A stretch of DNA of 6,609 bases, taken from positions 1 through 6,609 of IMG/VR virus record IMGVR_UViG_3300033053_000023. One strand, given 5' to 3'. Below are positions 4,595-6,609 of this stretch, in pieces. Made by a program: the position numbers and the translations under genes. Origin of the DNA: a virus. The notes under the pieces were generated by a model. That model was not told the DNA's origin. It did no database searches and saw nothing but the letters and a program-made list of their open reading frames with translations. Each line of letters opens with the position of its first letter. Position 1 is the first letter of the stretch.

Positions 4595-4774
4595 TTACTT
4601 CTTGGTCTTCGCCATCTTCTCGTAGTCTGCCGGCGTTATTTCCTCTAAACCCTTAAGAATCAACCACTTAAGCATTTCTGTTTCCTTTATCGACTTCTTT
4701 GTCTCGATGGTCGCTTTCACGGCCTCTCGCTCCACTTTTCTCCATGTTTCTTCGTCGATGTGCTTCGTCGGCAT
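4595..4774 (-). CDS. 59-aa ribbon-helix-helix-like DNA-binding protein, candidate phage repressor divergent from rep
   Basis: Reverse strand from ATG (4774-4772) to TAA (4597-4595) gives MPTKHIDEETWRKVEREAVKATIETKKSIKETEMLKWLILKGLEEITPADYEKMAKTKK. A purine-rich GGAGACCGAGAGG stretch lies just upstream. The pattern is a short N-terminal strand, helix, turn, helix, as in the Arc/CopG type. It is the only minus-strand gene and it faces rep. At one codex under 60 aa it is absent from the track. Confidence 0.6.
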   Translation of the reverse strand: MPTKHIDEETWRKVEREAVKATIETKKSIKETEMLKWLILKGLEEITPADYEKMAKTKK

Positions 4775-4805
4775 TGCCTCTCGGTCTCCGGTTAGGTCCC
4801 TGCGG

Positions 4806-4891
4806 ATTCTAGGCTTTTTTTCTTAGACTCTTGACTTTGAGAATCTTAGAAACTAATTTCTCGGCTCAATCTCATTTCTTAGAAACTAAGT
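4806..4891. promoter_or_regulatory. Divergent promoter/operator region between the RHH-like gene and rep
   Basis: A perfect 13-bp direct repeat TCTTAGAAACTAA occurs at 4844-4856 and 4877-4889, 33 bp apart, with a partial copy TCTTAGA at 4821-4827. Copy 2 forms the inverted repeat CTTAG-aaa-CTAAG (4878-4890), ending 1 nt before the rep ATG. A candidate rep promoter has -35 TTGACT (4831-4836), a 17-bp spacer and -10 TAATTT (4854-4859), and copy 1 covers the spacer and -10. On the - strand a TAGAAT -10-like hexamer lies at 4811-4806. Confidence 0.5.
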
Positions 4892-6034
4892 ATGTTTATC
4901 GACTGGCTCACGGTTTCTCAAGAACATCCATTCGACCTTCCGGTCGTTTGCGACGTGTTCACGATTACCGTTGATGCCAATACGAACGAACTGCTGAGCA
5001 CTCGTCAGCCTCGATTCAAGCATGAGGGCAGCTTCTCTAGCTCGGTGACGATCCACGTTCAGGGCCGGAAGGTCCGTGTCGAGGGCAACCCCAGCCGGAT
5101 TAACCGCTTGGACAACCTGTTCGGGTATGAGCGAATCGAACAGTGCATTGCCGTCTATAACCACTTGCTCGCCGAATATGGTCTGCCGGGTTTTACGAAG
5201 TGCACTCGTGTATTTCAGCGTCAATCGACTTCGGCGCGTGGAAAGTTTGATGAGGCGTTAGTTAGTGACGGTGCGGTTATTGAGCGTATCGATCTGACAA
5301 CTAATGTTTCGGTTGGGGAGGGAAATGTTCTTGCCTATTTACGCGGTGTTTCAAGTCAACGGATCGGCCACTCGATTGGCTTCCTTTACCCTAATGGGAG
5401 AACTGTTGCCTGGACCCCTAAAGGAAACGGCAAGGGCGGTCGCCTCCAGTATCGGAAGGCTTACGATAAAGCCTTCGAGCTTGAGCAACATTTGCTTCCT
5501 CGATTCAAGCGCATGTTTGGCGAAACTTCCCCGGAATATGCACACGCTGTAAGAGTACGCGATTACTGCCAGCAATATGGCGTGGTCCGCATGGAACAAG
5601 AACTTAAGTCCGAGTATTTGAAACGAGAGGGGCTCTGTTTTTGGGGCCTAGTCGATGAATCGCGGTTCATTGGCATACACGATGCGTTTTTGGCGATAGA
5701 TGATCGGTTGAAGGTGACGGCGATGGATATTGCGAGTATTTCCGAACAGTTAATACACGAAGGCATTGTCGATACTGTCCGTGCTGCGAATACAACGGCG
5801 ATGTATGCCATTCAATGGATGCACGGCCAAGTTTTCGACTTTAATAAGTCTCAAGTTCAAACTCACGCGGCTCGCTTAAACAAGATCGGTATCAACATTC
5901 GCAACGCCTGCGATACTTCTCGCTTTGCTCCGGTATTCGTTCGTCAAGCTCGGGAAATTGAGAAAACTACCGCTCTGCCGATTCCGTCCTGGTACAAGCG
6001 CCCAACGGGCCATCTGCAATTGGTGGCTGCATGA
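4892..6034 (+). CDS. Rolling-circle replication initiation protein, phage gene II/X (Phage_CRI-type) family, 380 aa
   Basis: The N-terminus MFIDWLTV is characteristic of this family. Other motifs are VEGNPSRINRLDNLFG (the GNPSK...N.FG-type motif of gpII-like proteins), RIDLTTNV and a Tyr-containing YRKAYDKAFELE segment. Size and position upstream of the SSB/coat module fit. Confidence 0.88.
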   Translation: MFIDWLTVSQEHPFDLPVVCDVFTITVDANTNELLSTRQPRFKHEGSFSSSVTIHVQGRKVRVEGNPSRINRLDNLFGYERIEQCIAVYNHLLAEYGLPGFTKCTRVFQRQSTSARGKFDEALVSDGAVIERIDLTTNVSVGEGNVLAYLRGVSSQRIGHSIGFLYPNGRTVAWTPKGNGKGGRLQYRKAYDKAFELEQHLLPRFKRMFGETSPEYAHAVRVRDYCQQYGVVRMEQELKSEYLKREGLCFWGLVDESRFIGIHDAFLAIDDRLKVTAMDIASISEQLIHEGIVDTVRAANTTAMYAIQWMHGQVFDFNKSQVQTHAARLNKIGINIRNACDTSRFAPVFVRQAREIEKTTALPIPSWYKRPTGHLQLVAA

Positions 6035-6113
6035 TTGCCGCCACAGTTGAACTGTTCGCCGTGCCGCTTTTGGGCGGCGTGGTGATTCATTGGCTCGGCA
6101 GGTGGGTGCGTTC

Positions 6114-6503
6114 ATGACTTTTCTTGAACCGGAACAATGTCCTGATTGTGGTCGCTTTATGCCGGCGGCTTGTCTGTTGGTTTCCTCCGTTGACTGTCCC
6201 GCTGACTGCCCTTATCCCCACGCCCTGGGCGAATGTCCGTACTGTCGTGCTCTGCTTTCTGTGCCCGCTCCTCTGGTCTCCAGCCGGGAGGAAACGGAGT
6301 TTCCGGTAGGCGTCAACGTCCTCAAACCTTCCGCCCCGGCTGTGGGATCTCTGGGCGCTGCCACGTCCGTCTCTCGCGTGTCCCGATCGGAGCGCCGCGT
6401 AGATCGAGGGCAGGTGAGTTCCGCCCCTGTGCCCGCTCCGCTGGTTCCCAGCCGGGAGGAAACGGAGTTTCCGGTAGGCGCTTCTTCGGAGTGTTGCCAA
6501 TGA
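6114..6503 (+). CDS. Hypothetical 129-aa Cys-rich (zinc-ribbon-like) protein with an internal 56-aa-period repeat
   Basis: ATG 6114 is the preferred start (the track uses TTG 6090), with AGGTGG upstream. The N-terminus MTFLEPEQCPDCGRFMPAACLLVSSVDCPADCPYPHALGECPYCRALL carries CPDC and CPYC pairs. The stop TGA 6501-6503 overlaps the next ATG (ATGA at 6500-6503). The C-terminal half is low-complexity and carries the two 52-bp repeats in frame. Confidence 0.45.
   Translation: MTFLEPEQCPDCGRFMPAACLLVSSVDCPADCPYPHALGECPYCRALLSVPAPLVSSREETEFPVGVNVLKPSAPAVGSLGAATSVSRVSRSERRVDRGQVSSAPVPAPLVPSREETEFPVGASSECCQ
6261..6312 (+). repeat. 52-bp direct repeat, copy 1 (contains hairpin GGAAAC-gga-GTTTCC at 6290-6304)
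   Basis: GTGCCCGCTCCTCTGGTCTCCAGCCGGGAGGAAACGGAGTTTCCGGTAGGCG matches 6429-6480 at 49/52 positions, offset exactly 168 bp. Confidence 0.9.
6429..6480 (+). repeat. 52-bp direct repeat, copy 2 (hairpin at 6458-6472)
   Basis: GTGCCCGCTCCGCTGGTTCCCAGCCGGGAGGAAACGGAGTTTCCGGTAGGCG has three substitutions relative to copy 1. Two are synonymous in the 6114 frame and one gives Ser to Pro. Confidence 0.9.
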
Positions 6504-6609
6504 GAACTGTGAGTTTCCAGGGTGTTCAACTAACTTCCGGCCAGCGTCGCGCTCAGGCATTCCAGCAGCAAGTTCGCTCCTCGTTTCTGTCGGCACATCT
6601 GCAACAGCA
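6500..6609 (+). CDS. 5' part of the junction-spanning 77-aa hypothetical protein (continues at nt 67-190 of the circle; 6544-6609 duplicates 1-66)
   Basis: ATG 6500-6502 overlaps the upstream stop (ATGA), and GGAG (6488-6491) lies 8 nt upstream. The frame is open to the window end and continues in phase at the window start to TAA 188-190. Confidence 0.45.
   Translation, partial: MRTVSFQGVQLTSGQRRAQAFQQQVRSSFLSAHLQQ
6544..6609. repeat. 66-nt terminal overlap, an exact copy of nt 1-66 (circular-genome linearisation overlap)
   Basis: Base-by-base comparison: GCGTCGCGCTCAGGCATTCCAGCAGCAAGTTCGCTCCTCGTTTCTGTCGGCACATCTGCAACAGCA occurs at both window ends, and an ORF reads through the junction in frame. 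Confidence 0.95.

Larger units (their letters stand above)
1..6543 (+). mobile_element. Complete circular filamentous phage (inovirus-like) genome or replicative form, unit length 6543 bp
   Basis: Gene order is rep, ssDNA-binding protein, two tiny hydrophobic ORFs, signal-peptide major coat, large pIII-like, hydrophobic pVI-like, Zot/pI P-loop ATPase, all on one strand. Nt 1-66 are identical to nt 6544-6609, so the window closes on itself. No host-like genes are present. Confidence 0.85.

Noticed and set aside
4112-4625. Track ORFs 4112-4402, 4258-4497 and 4272-4625 (+)
   Set aside because: They mutually overlap in three frames within DNA that is about 8-9 percent A, so stops are simply absent. 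Their translations are Pro/Arg/Ser/Leu low-complexity. The last one also runs antisense into the RHH-like gene. They are compositional artefacts.
6043-6055. 13-bp palindrome ACAGTTGAACTGT just after the rep stop, and the weak hairpin GCCGC-ttttgg-GCGGC at about 6068-6083
   Set aside because: Six-bp arms are expected by chance about once or twice in 6.5 kb. There is no T-run and no repeat elsewhere. This is not enough to call a terminator or nick site.
4886-6115. Track ORFs 4886-5224 (-), 5076-5261 (+), 5304-5552 (+), 5351-5599 (-), 5563-5811 (-) and 5876-6115 (-) overlapping rep
   Set aside because: They are nested in or antisense to a gene with clear gpII-family motifs along its length, and nothing supports them independently.
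6261-6480. Possible CRISPR array, from the 52-bp repeats
   Set aside because: There are only two copies. The repeat is longer than typical CRISPR repeats, the spacer is 116 bp, the repeat lies in frame inside an ORF, and no cas genes are present.
6087-6596. Track ORFs 6087-6596 (-), 6212-6529 (-) and 6124-6309 (+)
   Set aside because: They are antisense or out of frame to the 6114 ORF, which has the Cys-pair motifs and an ATGA coupling to the next gene. Their internal repeats merely mirror the 52-bp DNA repeat. Confidence in this choice is moderate.

Overview
The window holds one complete unit (6543 bp) of a circular filamentous-phage (inovirus-like) genome plus a 66-nt overlap: nt 1-66 are identical to 6544-6609. 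Core genes are all on the + strand in the canonical inovirus order. They are a rolling-circle Rep (4892-6034), two translationally coupled small ORFs (6114-6503, and 6500 running across the junction to 190), and a gV-like ssDNA-binding protein (222-524). These are followed by two tiny hydrophobic ORFs (529-627, 624-743), a major coat protein with signal peptide (762-995), a pIII-like adsorption protein (995-2326), a pVI-like protein (2326-2640) and a Zot/pI-type assembly ATPase (2700-3548). Stop/start overlaps (ATGA or TAATG) link many of these genes. There is no integrase, transposase or secretin gene. The remaining fifth (3549-4891) is the accessory and regulatory part. It contains a 99-nt imperfect hairpin built from two inverted dif-like XerC/XerD sites, which is a candidate CTXphi-style attP. 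It also contains an imperfect 78-bp tandem duplication carrying four GGTAC boxes upstream of an 85-aa ORF, and an overlapping small hydrophobic ORF. About 0.5 kb of strongly A-depleted, hairpin-rich, apparently non-coding DNA follows. On the - strand is a 59-aa ribbon-helix-helix-like ORF that is absent from the ORF track. It is divergent from rep across an operator region with a perfect 13-bp direct repeat. Several real-looking genes are missing from the ORF track because they are under 60 aa or split by linearisation. All functional calls rest on motifs, size and synteny read by eye. No database search was possible.
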